Source: Sphaerochaetaceae bacterium (GTDB lineage: Bacteria; Spirochaetota; Spirochaetia; Sphaerochaetales; Sphaerochaetaceae). From it: DNA of 64,000 nucleotides. The first letter of the stretch is position 1, and each line of letters opens with the position of its first letter. Below the pieces are notes generated by a model that searched no databases, had not been told where the DNA came from, and saw nothing but the letters and a program-made list of their open reading frames with translations. Both the position numbers and the translations under genes were made by a program. The DNA is taken from assembly GCA_963678555.2 (NCBI GenBank), contig OY782871.2, forward strand, positions 24,432 through 88,431, in the 5' to 3' direction. Shown piece after piece: positions 44,758 to 54,497 of the stretch.

Positions 44758-45515
44758 CCTTTCTCTCTATCCCTTTTCTGAGTGCGCTGAACCTGTTTCA
44801 GCCTCAGCATGAACTGTACGTTCCCGATGATGTAGCGTCTCCACATCCTTCCAGGTTCCATCATCAGTCTCCAGACCCATTCGATTCCCATCTTCCGCAT
44901 AAGGCGGGGAGCTCGCGGGATGGTGCCCGAGTAGTAGTCGAACAGCCCCCCCACTCCCATGACAACCGGTACCAATAGGTCTGTGAGGTGTTCACGGAGC
45001 CATTTCTCCTGGGAGGGGACTCCCATTCCCACAAGGAGGATATCACAGCCGGATGCGTTGATCTGCTGTATCACCATAGGAGTCTCTTCTTTGGGAAAAT
45101 AGCCGTCATGGAAGCCTGCGGTGATGGGAGAACCGGCGTGGCTGTCAGCCCAGGCGGCACACTTCTCGGCTACCGAGGGCTTTCCCCCCAGCAGATAGAG
45201 CCTCTTTCCACTCCTGCCGCACATGTCGCAGATCATGGGAAACAGGTCGGTCCCGTTGACATTATCGGCAATCGGATGGCCCAGAGCGTCTCCCGCCTTG
45301 CGCATCCCCGTTCCGTCGGGGAAGACCGCGGCCGAGCTCTTCAGGATGTTCCGGTACTGTTCGTCCCTCACAGAGACGTTGATGCAGTGGGCGTTGACGA
45401 AATGGATCTCAGACGGTCCTGTCTGTTCGAGGTGATCCCCGATCAGCTGCACGGCTCGTTCTTTTGAGACATTCCGTATCGGGATATCGAGGAACAGGAA
45501 GATGTCATCACGCAT
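44754..45515 (-). CDS. WecB/TagA/CpsF family glycosyltransferase (GT26)
   Basis: FVNAHCINVS, FPDGTGM, LLGGKPSVAEK, GMGVPSQEKW. Overlaps the downstream gene by 4 nt. Confidence 0.85.
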   Translation of the reverse strand: MRDDIFLFLDIPIRNVSKERAVQLIGDHLEQTGPSEIHFVNAHCINVSVRDEQYRNILKSSAAVFPDGTGMRKAGDALGHPIADNVNGTDLFPMICDMCGRSGKRLYLLGGKPSVAEKCAAWADSHAGSPITAGFHDGYFPKEETPMVIQQINASGCDILLVGMGVPSQEKWLREHLTDLLVPVVMGVGGLFDYYSGTIPRAPRLMRKMGIEWVWRLMMEPGRMWRRYIIGNVQFMLRLKQVQRTQKRDREKG

Positions 45516-45516
45516 C

Positions 45517-46788
45517 CTAGTACGCTCCTTTCCCTGAGAGCACAGCGGGTATCGTCTTGAGAATCAGTTTGAGATCAAGGAGGAAACCGTGGCTTTCGAT
45601 GTACAGCACATCAAGTTCGACCTGCTGCTTGAACCCGATATCCGAGCGGCCGCTGACCTGCCAGATACCGGTCAGGCCGGGAGTGACCTCCAGCCGGCGC
45701 CTGTCCTCCTGCGTATAGAGGGCCACCTCCCGGGGAACCGGAGGGCGCGGGCCGACGATCGACATGTCACCTACCAGTACGCACCATATCTGAGGAAGTT
45801 CATCGATACTGAACCGTCGGATAAACCGACCGATCGGTGTGACGCGGGGGTCCTTTTTCATCTTGAACGTCACATCTCCCTTTCTCTCAGCCTGGTCAAG
45901 CAGGTTGTCCTTCAGCTTGTCCGCATCGACGACCATCGAACGGAACTTGGGGAAGGGGAACGGTCTGCCCTGTTTGCCGATTCTCGTCTGTACATAGAAC
46001 ACATTCCCGCCGTCGGTCAGTTTTATGATAAGAGCCACCGCGATCAGCAGAGGGGAGAGCAGTACAAGGGCCGTCAGAGATATCACGATATCGAGCAGGC
46101 GCTTGAAGGCCAGGGTGGTCTTGATGACGAATACCCAGAGCTTTCTCTTGATCTTCGCCTTCCTGCTCTGTCCTGCCGGATTCCGGTACTGTTTGAGCAT
46201 CCGGTCGATCCTCTCCTTTCTCTCCTTCTCGCTGATATCCTGTGCCCGTTTACGTGAATCGGTGCGGTTGACATATCTGCTGACACTCAGGACAGCCTCA
46301 TCAGGAGTCTCATCGGCCGAGATGATGATATCTGCAGCACTGCGGCTGGAGAATGCTTCTTTCTCCGCATGATCTGACTGAGTCAGGAGGATCTTCTTCA
46401 CCTGTGAAGAGAGACTCTCCTTCCTGCCGGAGAAATCAGCCTCCTGCAGTGCAACGGAGGTTATGTCGATAGCATCTGCCTCGACATAGATGCGCAGCTT
46501 GGAGAGGGTTCTGACAGCCGGCACCGAAAGGAGGTCCTGCCCGTACAGGATCAGGTAGTCCGCAGAGTAGGAATCGAGCTTCTTCCCGATCTCCTCTGCG
46601 GGGAGTTTGCGTATCTCGGCGAGAGAGCGGGCTTCTTCGAAGAGTCCTCTGCACGCAAACACCTGAGAGGCCTGCAGCCGTTTTTCCAGAGCCCGTGCCA
46701 CCTGTTCATTTTTTCTGCTCAGAGGTCCTGTCACCGTTATCAGGTAGCGTGCAGCGTCTGATGTATCCTTTTCTGTTCCCGTTGCCAT
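45517..46788 (-). CDS. Priming sugar-phosphate transferase (Bac_transf/PGT family) with about 215-aa N-terminal cytoplasmic extension
   Basis: LLDIVISLTALVLLSPLLI..KFRSM..DPRVTPIGRFIRRFSIDELPQIWCVLVGDMSIVGPRP..PGLTGIWQVSGR. Confidence 0.9.
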   Translation of the reverse strand: MATGTEKDTSDAARYLITVTGPLSRKNEQVARALEKRLQASQVFACRGLFEEARSLAEIRKLPAEEIGKKLDSYSADYLILYGQDLLSVPAVRTLSKLRIYVEADAIDITSVALQEADFSGRKESLSSQVKKILLTQSDHAEKEAFSSRSAADIIISADETPDEAVLSVSRYVNRTDSRKRAQDISEKERKERIDRMLKQYRNPAGQSRKAKIKRKLWVFVIKTTLAFKRLLDIVISLTALVLLSPLLIAVALIIKLTDGGNVFYVQTRIGKQGRPFPFPKFRSMVVDADKLKDNLLDQAERKGDVTFKMKKDPRVTPIGRFIRRFSIDELPQIWCVLVGDMSIVGPRPPVPREVALYTQEDRRRLEVTPGLTGIWQVSGRSDIGFKQQVELDVLYIESHGFLLDLKLILKTIPAVLSGKGAY

Positions 46789-46794
46789 GTTCTG

Positions 46795-47973
46795 TTATAC
46801 TCCTGTACTCTGCGCAGTCTGTGCGGTCTCTCTGAAGACCTGAAGAGTCTGCTGTACTGTTCGCTCCCAGGTGAAACCCTCTGCCCACCTGAGCCCATCC
46901 TCCGCCAGAGCCTTCCGCTTACTCGCATCTCTGAGTACCTCAAGCATCGCATCTTTCATCTCAACGGGGGAGTCGGGGTTGAAATGGGAACTCAGAGAGC
47001 CGCTTACTTCCGGAAGGGAGGCGGCATCGCTCGTGATGGTCGGCACTCCGCAGGCCATCGCCTCGAGGACCGGAAGACCGAACCCCTCGAAATAGGAGGG
47101 GAGAACGAACAACGATGCACCACGGTACAGGTCAGGGACATCCCCGCCGTCAATGAATCCGAGGAACTTGATACTGGAACTGTACGGGGATGCTTCTGCC
47201 GCGGCGTGGATCTCCTCCGCTCTCTCTCTGTCAGGGCCGGGCAGTACCAGCTGGTATTCCTGTTCGACCTCCTGCCTGAACAGCGAGAAGGCCTTGATCA
47301 GATTGACATGGTTCTTTCCGGGGTGTTCGAGGCGTGAGATATAGAGGATGTAGGGAGATTCGATATCGAACTTCTCCTTCGCCCATGAGGAGATCTGCTG
47401 AGGGTCCTCTGCCGGGGTGAAGGCTCTGTGGTCCACTCCGAGGTGGGTCACCGTGATCTTCTCCGGTTTCACCCGTGCGAAGCGGATGATATCCTGTTTC
47501 GAGAAATTACTGACAGTCAGAACGTGAGAGAGTTTTCGAGTAAGGTAGGGAAGGATCTTCCTGTTGAACACGGCATGGGCGAAGTCGTACTTGTTTTTGA
47601 TATGGAGTGTCGCCAGGTCATGAACGGTACCGACGGTCGGACAGGAGATCTTCCCGCACAGCCTTCGGTTTGCAGCGGGAAGGAAGAGAAGGTCATACCC
47701 CCGTTCCCTGCAGATCTTCGGCAGGGAGGTCTGGTTCCAGAAGAAGTTCCGCATCGGGGAGGTGTCCGCTCCCTCCACCTGATAGTAGAGGATATGCTTC
47801 TTCCCCTTCAGGTAATAGTCCCTGTCTTCCTGTGGACCGATCAGTTCGAAGGTGAACTCCTCACTCAGAGAATCGTCGTCGAAACGATCAAGCAGCTCTC
47901 TGAAATATGACCCGATCCCTGACCGGCCGCAATCCGTTCCAAAACTTGGACACCCAACTCGTATCATGATCAC
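46795..47973 (-). CDS. Glycosyltransferase family 4
   Basis: FEGFGLPVLEAMACGVPTITS (E-x7-E), GT-B layout. Overlaps the upstream gene by 4 nt. Confidence 0.85.
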   Translation of the reverse strand: MIMIRVGCPSFGTDCGRSGIGSYFRELLDRFDDDSLSEEFTFELIGPQEDRDYYLKGKKHILYYQVEGADTSPMRNFFWNQTSLPKICRERGYDLLFLPAANRRLCGKISCPTVGTVHDLATLHIKNKYDFAHAVFNRKILPYLTRKLSHVLTVSNFSKQDIIRFARVKPEKITVTHLGVDHRAFTPAEDPQQISSWAKEKFDIESPYILYISRLEHPGKNHVNLIKAFSLFRQEVEQEYQLVLPGPDRERAEEIHAAAEASPYSSSIKFLGFIDGGDVPDLYRGASLFVLPSYFEGFGLPVLEAMACGVPTITSDAASLPEVSGSLSSHFNPDSPVEMKDAMLEVLRDASKRKALAEDGLRWAEGFTWERTVQQTLQVFRETAQTAQSTGV

Positions 47974-49127
47974 TTCTCCAATTGCTGTTCCAGCGTATCA
48001 ATATATCGTTCGTAGGGGAACTGATTCTGTGCCAGAATCCTCCCTTCCTTTCCCATGGCTTCTGCCCGTTTTGTGTCGGTGACAAGTGCTGCCAGCGCCC
48101 GATAGAGAGCCTCGGCATCATTGGGAGGCACCAGAATTCCGTTCTTCCCATCCTTCAGCCAGTCTGAGATCCCTCCGACATCGCTCGCTATCACGGGCCG
48201 CTCTCTCAGCATCGCCTCGACTCCTACCATCCCGAACGGTTCGGGCCATCTCGAGGGAACGACGACTACCGTGGCTTCGTCATAGAAGGGGGCAAGATCA
48301 TCATGGGCGACCCAGCCATGGAAGGTCACCGAGGAGAGCATCCCCGATGATTCAGCGCTGCGGCGGAGGGCTTCCTCCTCATTGCCTCGTCCGATGAGGT
48401 GAAGGGGAGGAGGGGCAGTGAACTCATGTCTCTCACACAGGAGACGATACGCTTCAAGGAGGATGTCGACTCCCTTCCCCTTGATCATCTGGCCCACATA
48501 GAGAACCGACGGGCTCTGAGGGAACCTGTGAAGAGGGCGGGCATCATCCTGCACGCAGGGGGGCAACAGCTGTATCCTTTCACAGTCGAACCCGTTGCGC
48601 TCCAGCTCCTTCCTCATATAGGAACTGCCGATAAGCAGTGTATCGATCTCGTAGTTCCGTTTCATCTCCCTGATCTTCTTCCCGACCGAGACGAATCGAA
48701 GCGACCCTTCCCTGCGTTCGAGGAAGGCAAGGTCGGCATAGCAGAACAGCGAGCACCTGCGGGTGCAGATCTGCCTGGAGAAGGCGTAGTACTTATGACG
48801 CCGGGGACAGTAGAGGTCATGGTCGTGGACCATTCTGACGATCTTTCTTGTCCCCCTGACAGCGATCAGCTCCTGCACGGGTTCAAATTTGTGCACGTAG
48901 ATGACATCGATATCAACTTCCGAAAGGATCTGTTCAACCGATATGGAGGAGAGAACCCATGATTCGGCGAAGAGCGAGTCGAACCGCTCCTGGTCGATCA
49001 TCGATCTGGTTCTGCACACAAAATAGCAGCGGTGTCCCTTCTCTGTGAGACCCTCTGCCGCCAGAGCAATATTCTGTTCGACTCCTCCGAAGAAGCCGCC
49101 TGTCGTATTAACGAATAGAATGTTCAT
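47970..49127 (-). CDS. Glycosyltransferase family 4
   Basis: MNILFVNTTGGFFGGVE N-terminus and PEPFGMVGVEAMLRERPVIAS. Confidence 0.85.
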   Translation of the reverse strand: MNILFVNTTGGFFGGVEQNIALAAEGLTEKGHRCYFVCRTRSMIDQERFDSLFAESWVLSSISVEQILSEVDIDVIYVHKFEPVQELIAVRGTRKIVRMVHDHDLYCPRRHKYYAFSRQICTRRCSLFCYADLAFLERREGSLRFVSVGKKIREMKRNYEIDTLLIGSSYMRKELERNGFDCERIQLLPPCVQDDARPLHRFPQSPSVLYVGQMIKGKGVDILLEAYRLLCERHEFTAPPPLHLIGRGNEEEALRRSAESSGMLSSVTFHGWVAHDDLAPFYDEATVVVVPSRWPEPFGMVGVEAMLRERPVIASDVGGISDWLKDGKNGILVPPNDAEALYRALAALVTDTKRAEAMGKEGRILAQNQFPYERYIDTLEQQLEK

Positions 49128-50400
49128 ACACCCTCTGATAGATCGTCTCCAGCCGGGACGTGATACTGTCCCAGCTGTATGATGCTACGGCTTCCCTGAT
49201 ACCAGCCTCCCCGAGTGCCTTTGCGAGGTCTCTGTCGAGAGAGAGGCGGGCTATGACCGACGCTATGGAGTTTTCCTCATCCGCCTCGGCTTCAGGGTCG
49301 AAGAAGAGACCCGTTGTCTCCTGTGTGACCAGTGAAGCCAGTCCGCCGCGCTGAGAGACGGCAACAGGAAGGCCGCTTGCCCAGGCTTCGAGCACCACCA
49401 TCCCGAAGGGTTCATGCAGGGAAGGGAGGACAAAGCAGGAGGAGGCCTTATAGGCATCCACAAGGTCCTGTCCCTGGTAGGGTAGTCCTTCGATGACCGT
49501 GATATGATCTGAGACGCCCAGCTGCTGCGCAGCCCGTGTCAGAGAGTCAGCGTACTCGCGGTTCGTGGCAGGTCCGATGAGCAGCAGGTGGACAGCAGGG
49601 TTCTTTGCAATGAGAGCGGGGAGCTGCCTGATCAGTCCCAGCTGGTTCTTCTGAACATCAAGTCGCGCCATCGTCAGACAGACGAACCGGTCCTGCGGTA
49701 TACCGTAGCGGTCTCTGAAGGCTTTCCCGTCTCCGGTTGTGAACCGCTCGATATCGACCCCGTTGGGAAGATACTCGATGGTGGCATCAGGATACCGAGT
49801 GACCATCGCATCATACTCATCCTTCCCGACGCAGATGATCGCCGAGGCATCTGCAAGGACACGTCTTGAGCCGACGAGCATGCCCAGCAGCTTCCCCCAC
49901 TCGAACAGCCCCCTGGTGGGCTCTACCCAGGTTCCCCGTTCCTCCTCGGGAACGGCAAGATTCCCTCCGTGCAGGCTGATGATGTACGGGATACGGCGCA
50001 CCCGGGCACACAGGCGCGCGATACCTCCCATCCGCTTACCGGTATGCAGGTGGATGAGATCAAGATCCTTTTTGAACAGAAGAGCCCACAGGAGAGAGAA
50101 GGAAAAGAGGTTCCCCGCCTTCTGGTCAAGCAGTGACTTCCCGTGTGCTGATAATCCGGCATAGGGATAGAAGTAGGGGAATCTGTGTATCGGGACCCCC
50201 TGATACTCCTCGTGCGTGACCGTGGAGAGAGCCTTCGAGGTGAAGATATTCACATCAAAGCCGTGACCGGCCAGCCTCCTCGATACTTCCGCGACGAAGG
50301 TTTCAGAACCGCCCCAGTGTGAGACAACAAATCTTCTCGGTATGTGTATGATGTGCACAGGGTCTTTCATGGGGACAGTATACGCTATCGAAGTACCCAT
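49108..50400 (-). CDS. Glycosyltransferase family 4
   Basis: HEPFGMVVLEAWASGLPVAVS and SHWGGSETFV N-terminal region. An alternative start is ATG 50370 (MKDPVHIIHI). Confidence 0.85.
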   Translation of the reverse strand: MGTSIAYTVPMKDPVHIIHIPRRFVVSHWGGSETFVAEVSRRLAGHGFDVNIFTSKALSTVTHEEYQGVPIHRFPYFYPYAGLSAHGKSLLDQKAGNLFSFSLLWALLFKKDLDLIHLHTGKRMGGIARLCARVRRIPYIISLHGGNLAVPEEERGTWVEPTRGLFEWGKLLGMLVGSRRVLADASAIICVGKDEYDAMVTRYPDATIEYLPNGVDIERFTTGDGKAFRDRYGIPQDRFVCLTMARLDVQKNQLGLIRQLPALIAKNPAVHLLLIGPATNREYADSLTRAAQQLGVSDHITVIEGLPYQGQDLVDAYKASSCFVLPSLHEPFGMVVLEAWASGLPVAVSQRGGLASLVTQETTGLFFDPEAEADEENSIASVIARLSLDRDLAKALGEAGIREAVASYSWDSITSRLETIYQRVYEHSIR

Positions 50401-50456
50401 TTCTACACTATTCTATCATATGACTAGTGTTGATGTATATTTAGAGGTGAATATCA

Positions 50457-50486
50457 TTGACACGGGTACTTGTGTGAGAGGATAAT
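50457..50486 (+). promoter_or_regulatory. Candidate sigma70 promoter for the GGDEF-domain gene
   Basis: TTGACA (50457-50462), 18-nt spacer, GATAAT (50481-50486), about 30 nt before ATG 50515. Confidence 0.4.
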
Positions 50487-50514
50487 ACACTCAACCCATT
50501 TTCTGCGAGGTTAT

Positions 50515-51834
50515 ATGAGAGATTCGATTCATGCAATCTATATCACGGAAGTGACACCCCTTACATCGGAACTGGAGACGCTTCTGAAGGAAAACCTCTC
50601 TGATATCTCGTGTGTCCACTCGATGGTGGAAGGTCTGTCAGCAGCGAAGAACAAGCGGTACGATGCCGCAATCCTCTCCAACGATATGGAAGACTTCTAC
50701 ACGGTGGAGAAGATGATCAAGATTCTGCTCGAAGTCGGCTCTTTCAGATACATCCTCGTGATAAGCGAAAAAGAGACTCCGGTGATAGAGCACGAGAAGA
50801 TGAAGATCCAGGGTCTTCACATGACCAATGCCCAGCACGCCCTGAACTCAATTCTCAGGGATATCAATGAAATCCAGGTATCGGAGGATACGGCAGAGAT
50901 CACCTCGATTCATCTGGACCGTATGGGTTCCACGATAGCCGAAAGTTTTTCCCTGTTCGACAGCGTTCCCTCGGGACTCTACCGCATCGACCCGGAGGGG
51001 AACTTCCTCGATATCAACCGTACTCTGGTGAACATTCTCAGGGCTCCGAATCTTGCTGTCCTGCACAGAGAGAATTATTTCTCACTCTTCAAGGACCCTG
51101 ACCAGCAACGGATCTGGAAGGAGATCATCGACCGGGACCGGTTTATCCGGGGGCTGATCTACGAGATCGAACCGTATGACGGGGAGACGATCTGGGTGAG
51201 AGACAATGCTCGGGCCGTGTACGGTGAGGACGGGGAGGTTGTCTACTATGATGGCTCGATCGAGAACATCACGTACCAGAAAAAACTTGAAGACAAACTC
51301 TCTTTCCTTGTGACTCAGGATATCCTCACCGGTGTGCCCAACAGGAATTTCTTCCATGATCAGGCGAAGATGACGATCTCGCAGGCCCGCTACACCGATG
51401 ACATTGTTGCCTTCCTTATCGTCAATGTCGATAGGTTCACCGAAGTCAATAACCGGTACACGCACAAGGTCGGGGACCGGTTGCTCCAGCTGATCGCAGG
51501 AAGGATCAAGGAGCAGGTACGTAAGAGCGATCTGGTAGCCCGTCTGGGAGGAGACAAGTTCATCGTGCTTCTCAACGGACTGAGGTTCCGCCGTGACGTG
51601 CTCGCTGTTGCGAAGAAGATCTCTCTTGTGTTCAACGAACCGTTCACAATCAATGAGGATTCCATCACTACGACCGTGTCGATAGGGATTTCTCTGTATC
51701 CCGAGCACAGTGATGAAGTCAATACGCTTATCCGTCTTGCTGAGATTGCGACCTTCGCCGTGAAGGAACGGGAACGGGGCGGATATATGATCTACTCGAA
51801 TATCATCAGTACCACGTACCCGTATGAAGAATGA
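50515..51834 (+). CDS. Receiver-like - PAS - GGDEF domain protein with degenerate active site (GGDKF)
   Basis: PAS (GLYRIDPEGNFLDINRTLVNIL). GGDEF domain (LTGVPNRNFF..VNVDRFTEVNN..GD) with motif RLGGDKF (51547-51561) and RKSD = RxxD five residues upstream (51520-51531). Confidence 0.85.
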   Translation: MRDSIHAIYITEVTPLTSELETLLKENLSDISCVHSMVEGLSAAKNKRYDAAILSNDMEDFYTVEKMIKILLEVGSFRYILVISEKETPVIEHEKMKIQGLHMTNAQHALNSILRDINEIQVSEDTAEITSIHLDRMGSTIAESFSLFDSVPSGLYRIDPEGNFLDINRTLVNILRAPNLAVLHRENYFSLFKDPDQQRIWKEIIDRDRFIRGLIYEIEPYDGETIWVRDNARAVYGEDGEVVYYDGSIENITYQKKLEDKLSFLVTQDILTGVPNRNFFHDQAKMTISQARYTDDIVAFLIVNVDRFTEVNNRYTHKVGDRLLQLIAGRIKEQVRKSDLVARLGGDKFIVLLNGLRFRRDVLAVAKKISLVFNEPFTINEDSITTTVSIGISLYPEHSDEVNTLIRLAEIATFAVKERERGGYMIYSNIISTTYPYEE

Positions 51835-52456
51835 GGAAATTGTCGTGAAGGATACTCACCCCGGATATGTCCTGCTTATTGCTCTCCTGATCTCTCTTCT
51901 GCTCCTCTCCGGCTGTCAGAGCATTACCACGGAGAGTACCGAAGATGTGGAGGCAGTGGAAGAGACGGTTACCTATGCCGTGGGTGACACGGGTCCCGCA
52001 GGTGGTCTGGTCTTCCATGACAAGGGGCAATACAGCGACGGCTGGAGGTACCTTGAGCTGGCTCCGCCGGAAAGCGAAGTCTCCTTACAGTGGGGATCTC
52101 CCGGTACCGGGCTGAAGGTCACCTCAGACGGTATCGGTGATGGCCGGGTCAACACGGAGCGGATCACAAAGGCGATCGGAGAGCTCCAGCTGAGACCTCT
52201 GGCAGCCACCTACTGTGACGAACTGACCGCCGGAGGCTTCGACGACTGGTTCCTCCCCTCGCTGGAAGAACTTGACCTTGTGTTCTGGAACCTGGCACAG
52301 AAGGATCTGGGGTCGCTCCAGAAAGAGGGCTATGGATACTGGAGCTCCAGCGAATTCGATGAGAATTTTGCGTGGGCTCAGGGGTTCACTGAAGGTGTTC
52401 AGGGAAAGATCGAGAAGACCGAACTGTTCCTTGTCAGGGCGGTGCGCGCCTTCTGA
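51824..52456 (+). CDS. DUF1566 (Lcl C-terminal domain) lipoprotein
   Basis: Lipobox LLLSGC. YCDELTAGGFDDWFLPSLEELDLVF..GYWSSSE..AWAQGF is typical of DUF1566. Confidence 0.8.
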   Translation: MKNEEIVVKDTHPGYVLLIALLISLLLLSGCQSITTESTEDVEAVEETVTYAVGDTGPAGGLVFHDKGQYSDGWRYLELAPPESEVSLQWGSPGTGLKVTSDGIGDGRVNTERITKAIGELQLRPLAATYCDELTAGGFDDWFLPSLEELDLVFWNLAQKDLGSLQKEGYGYWSSSEFDENFAWAQGFTEGVQGKIEKTELFLVRAVRAF

Positions 52457-52773
52457 AATCGCCCATATGGGTGAGGTTCTTCCCGAACAGCGTACGGTCG
52501 ACACTGCTGCAAAGGGAGGCGTCGCCGGATACTCACATCCGCCGAGGTTCCCTTCCTGATGCTCCGTATCTGTTCCCTTGAACAAAGAACGCTCAGCACA
52601 TCAGATGCCTGCAGGTTCTTCGTTCCGGCAAGCAGTGCCTTGTGCATGAAATGGATACCATTGAACGCTGCGGGCGCTCTGGGGCTGCCTAAGCGCTTCG
52701 TGCTGGTGTAGAGACGGAACACGCCGTAGTCTGCTGTATCGGTCTCGGCCGTGTCCGTATGTACCGGCTGTGT

Positions 52774-53601
52774 TCACTGCAGCAGTTCGAGGCACGCATT
52801 CATGTCCAGTTCCCCCCTCTGGACACGCTGATACATGCCGGAGAGTACCCTCTCGTCTATGAGAGAAGTGAACCCTTTCAGGCCGAGGAAATTACTGACA
52901 AAGGAACTCTTCGGTCTGAACACCAGGTCCTCAGCGGTCCCTTCCTGCACGATGTGACCGTCATGGATAATGACGATTCTGGTTCCCAGGCGGAAGGCTT
53001 CGTGGATGTCATGGGTGACGAACAGGATGGTCTGCCCGAGCGTACGGTGGATGCTCTTGAGCTGGTCCTGAAGCTGTGCCCTCGTCTGCTCATCAACCGC
53101 ACCGAAGGGCTCATCCATCAGGATGATGGAGGGGTCAGCCGCCAGAGCACGGGCGACGCCGACCCGCTGTTTCTGTCCTCCGCTGAGCTGAGCGGGGTAG
53201 CGCATCAGCACTTCGCTTCTCAGACCGACCAGTTCCACCAGCTCTGCCGCTCTCTCTCTGCGCCGGGTGACGTCGATTCCCTGAAGTCTCAATACGAAAC
53301 TGATATTCTCCCACACCCTCATGTGGGGGAACAGTCCCACCTGCTGGATCGCATAGCCGGTGGAACGTCTCAGCTTCTCGATATTCCACTCACTGATCTT
53401 CTTTCCGTGAATACGGAGATAGCCTGTGTCGAAATCGAGCAGCTTATTGACCAGTTTGAGCAGAGTCGTCTTCCCGCAGCCCGACTGACCGAGCAGGACG
53501 ACGAACTCACCCTGCTCGATGGAAAGGTTGATATCACTGAGGACAACCTCGTCAGGTGTGTAGGATTTACTGATGTGTTCGAATTCGACGGCAAAGGGCA
53601 T
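52774..53601 (-). CDS. ABC transporter ATP-binding protein (osmoprotectant/glycine-betaine type, no CBS tail)
   Basis: Walker A GQSGCGKTT, signature LSGGQKQRV, Walker B IILMDEPF. Confidence 0.9.
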   Translation of the reverse strand: MPFAVEFEHISKSYTPDEVVLSDINLSIEQGEFVVLLGQSGCGKTTLLKLVNKLLDFDTGYLRIHGKKISEWNIEKLRRSTGYAIQQVGLFPHMRVWENISFVLRLQGIDVTRRRERAAELVELVGLRSEVLMRYPAQLSGGQKQRVGVARALAADPSIILMDEPFGAVDEQTRAQLQDQLKSIHRTLGQTILFVTHDIHEAFRLGTRIVIIHDGHIVQEGTAEDLVFRPKSSFVSNFLGLKGFTSLIDERVLSGMYQRVQRGELDMNACLELLQ

Positions 53602-54497
53602 CAGAGCAGGCCTTTGCTCTCAAGAAATGCCTGAGCTACTACCTTCGGATCCTGTTTCTCGATCTCTACCTGATAGTTCAGGGCGATCATCTCTTCGTTG
53701 CTGATCCTCCCGGTGAGGCGCTCCAGTACCGCGTTCAGTTCAGGGTGTTTCTCAAGCGTCTCTTCCCTGATGAGGGTGGCTGCATGATAACTGGTGAAGT
53801 ACGACTCATCATCTTCAAGAACCACGACCGGCTCCTCCTTGAGTCTTCCATCAGTGCTGAACACCGTAATGACATCAACCCCCTCGCTCTTCACCGCCTC
53901 ATAGCGCAGGCCGATGTCGATTTCCTTGATTCCCTTGAATTGAAGGCCGTAGGTTTCAGTAAGACCGACGAACCCGTCATCACGCTCGAGGAAGTCGGGG
54001 TTGGCAGCAAACACCAGCTGACCGCTTACCTGTGCCAGGTCTGAGATACTCTTCAGGTTATACTCTTCGGCTACAGCTTCAGCGACCGCCACACCGTAGG
54101 TGTTGTTAAAGCCGTACAGTCCGCTCCAATGCACCTGCATCTGTTCCCTATACGCCTGGCTGACCTGTTCATACAGTTCCTCGGGATCCCGGACTGGATC
54201 CTGTTTGAGAACGAAGAGCCATCCGGTTCCCGTATACTCCGGGTAGAGATCGATCTCACCGGCCAGGAGGGCGGGGTGGATGTTCGAGGTTCCTCCCCCG
54301 ATACCCAGCGTCTGCCTGACCGACAGGTCCGTGTGGTTTTCGATCAGGAGCGTCAGCATCTGTGCAAGTATGAACTGCTCGGTCACCGGTTTGCTTGCGA
54401 TGACCACCGTATCCCCGGTGTTCTTCGTACACCCGGTAACCAGTACCGCAACAAGTACTACAGCAAGTAAAAGTCTGCGCACGTTATTCCTCCTCAC
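53601..54497 (-). CDS. Glycine betaine/choline-type ABC substrate-binding lipoprotein (OpuAC family)
   Basis: Lipobox LVTGC. VVIASKPVTEQFILAQML..EIDLYPEYTGTGW is typical of OpuBC/OpuCC/OsmF-type binding proteins. Confidence 0.85.
   Translation of the reverse strand: MRRNNVRRLLLAVVLVAVLVTGCTKNTGDTVVIASKPVTEQFILAQMLTLLIENHTDLSVRQTLGIGGGTSNIHPALLAGEIDLYPEYTGTGWLFVLKQDPVRDPEELYEQVSQAYREQMQVHWSGLYGFNNTYGVAVAEAVAEEYNLKSISDLAQVSGQLVFAANPDFLERDDGFVGLTETYGLQFKGIKEIDIGLRYEAVKSEGVDVITVFSTDGRLKEEPVVVLEDDESYFTSYHAATLIREETLEKHPELNAVLERLTGRISNEEMIALNYQVEIEKQDPKVVAQAFLESKGLL

Noticed and set aside
52457-52773. Possible gene in the 317-bp convergent gap after the DUF1566 gene (minus frame ..FRLYTSTKRLGSPRAPAAFNGIHFMHKALLAGTKNLQ..)
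   Set aside because: There is no start or RBS and no recognisable motif, and the 107-aa ORF overlaps the DUF1566 gene end. It may be a relic but cannot be supported.
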